This document shows, piece by piece, positions 63,500 to 64,000 of a DNA stretch of 64,000 nt (the stretch's first letter is position 1; every line of letters begins with the position of its first letter). The DNA is taken from assembly GCA_014860445.1 (NCBI GenBank), contig JACZJT010000048.1, forward strand, positions 828-64,827. Direction: 5' to 3'. Below the pieces are notes generated by a model. The model saw only the letters and a program-made list of their open reading frames with translations, was not told where the DNA came from and did not search any database. The DNA is from Burkholderiales bacterium. Its GTDB lineage: Bacteria; Pseudomonadota; Gammaproteobacteria; Burkholderiales; SG8-39. The translations under genes were made by a program, and so were the position numbers.

Positions 63500-64000
63500 T
63501 TAGAGGTCGAGGAAAGGGCGACTGAAACTCGGCGGCAACATCGCATCCAGCTCTTTCGCGGCTTCTTTGTCGGGTTTGTCAAAGAGACCCCGGAGTTCGA
63601 CGTTGAGCTGCGGTTTTTCCTTTTCGCGCTCTCCAAGCCACCGCAAGTACATTCCTGCGATCCAGAGATACCGGTCCAAGTCGCGACTGGTCGCCACTAA
63701 ATGCGCATCTGTGCGTAGCTTCTGAAAGGCCCGGCAGAAGGCAACGTATGGCTGTTTGCCGTCTTCCAAATAGCCCGTGCTGCCCAGGTGATGCCGGAGC
63801 ATCACCCGCGCCGCATCATCATAGATAGGGAAACGCTCTGCATCGATGAAGAAGTGACAAAACTTCGCTGCGAAACTCACGAACCGGCGCTTACCACCGC
63901 CGGCAACCGTAGGCAGATCGGCGATTGCCTCTACGTCATCAGGCCCGACGGCGGCAATGTCCCTTCCACGGAGGATTCCCCCTATATGCTCAGCCATGCG
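63500..64000 (-). CDS. Hypothetical protein with HhH/DNA-glycosylase-like motifs; 5' end probably outside the window
   Basis: SFAAKFCHF...FPIYD...RDLDRYLW; frame is open to the window edge. Confidence 0.55.
   Translation of the reverse strand, partial: RMAEHIGGILRGRDIAAVGPDDVEAIADLPTVAGGGKRRFVSFAAKFCHFFIDAERFPIYDDAARVMLRHHLGSTGYLEDGKQPYVAFCRAFQKLRTDAHLVATSRDLDRYLWIAGMYLRWLGEREKEKPQLNVELRGLFDKPDKEAAKELDAMLPPSFSRPFLDL

Larger units (their letters stand above)
54502..64000. mobile_element. Integrative element / genomic island inserted in the tRNA-Leu(CAA) anticodon loop; right end outside the window
   Basis: Truncated tRNA, adjacent tyrosine integrase, IHF-like site and arm-like repeats, visibly lower GC, defence cargo. 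Confidence 0.88.

Overview
High-GC betaproteobacterial-looking chromosome, probably a metagenomic contig. Bases 1-54.4 kb are mostly core and metabolic genes: a double-length uvrA, adk, a DASS transporter, an acyl-CoA/2-oxoacid catabolic cluster at about 12-29.4 kb, otsAB, a beta-alanine catabolic operon, corA, nudJ-mnmA, purB, secDF-yajC and tgt-queA. At 54.5 kb an integrative element has inserted into the anticodon loop of the host tRNA-Leu(CAA) and has not rebuilt the tRNA at this junction. Directly behind its tyrosine integrase it carries two complete tRNA-Leu genes (UAA and CAA), each with its own promoter. Each is interrupted by an ORF-less, Azoarcus-like (IC3) group I intron at anticodon position 34/35, inside the 7-nt loop the integrase appears to use as its crossover. 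A decayed second integrase 3' end precedes the second tRNA, so [integrase - promoter - intron-containing tRNA-Leu] is a repeated module. My top hypothesis (inference) is a mobile element that destroys its tRNA target and complements it with intron-shielded copies that are not attB sites at the DNA level. The CAA intron also has a non-canonical C-G pair at its 5' splice site. The cargo is a defence island: CdnE-type CBASS with Cap15, a translationally coupled Zn-ribbon/HEPN gene, a second HEPN-like gene, and SIR2-like, HNH-like and HhH-like genes. All calls come from reading motifs by eye; no searches were run.
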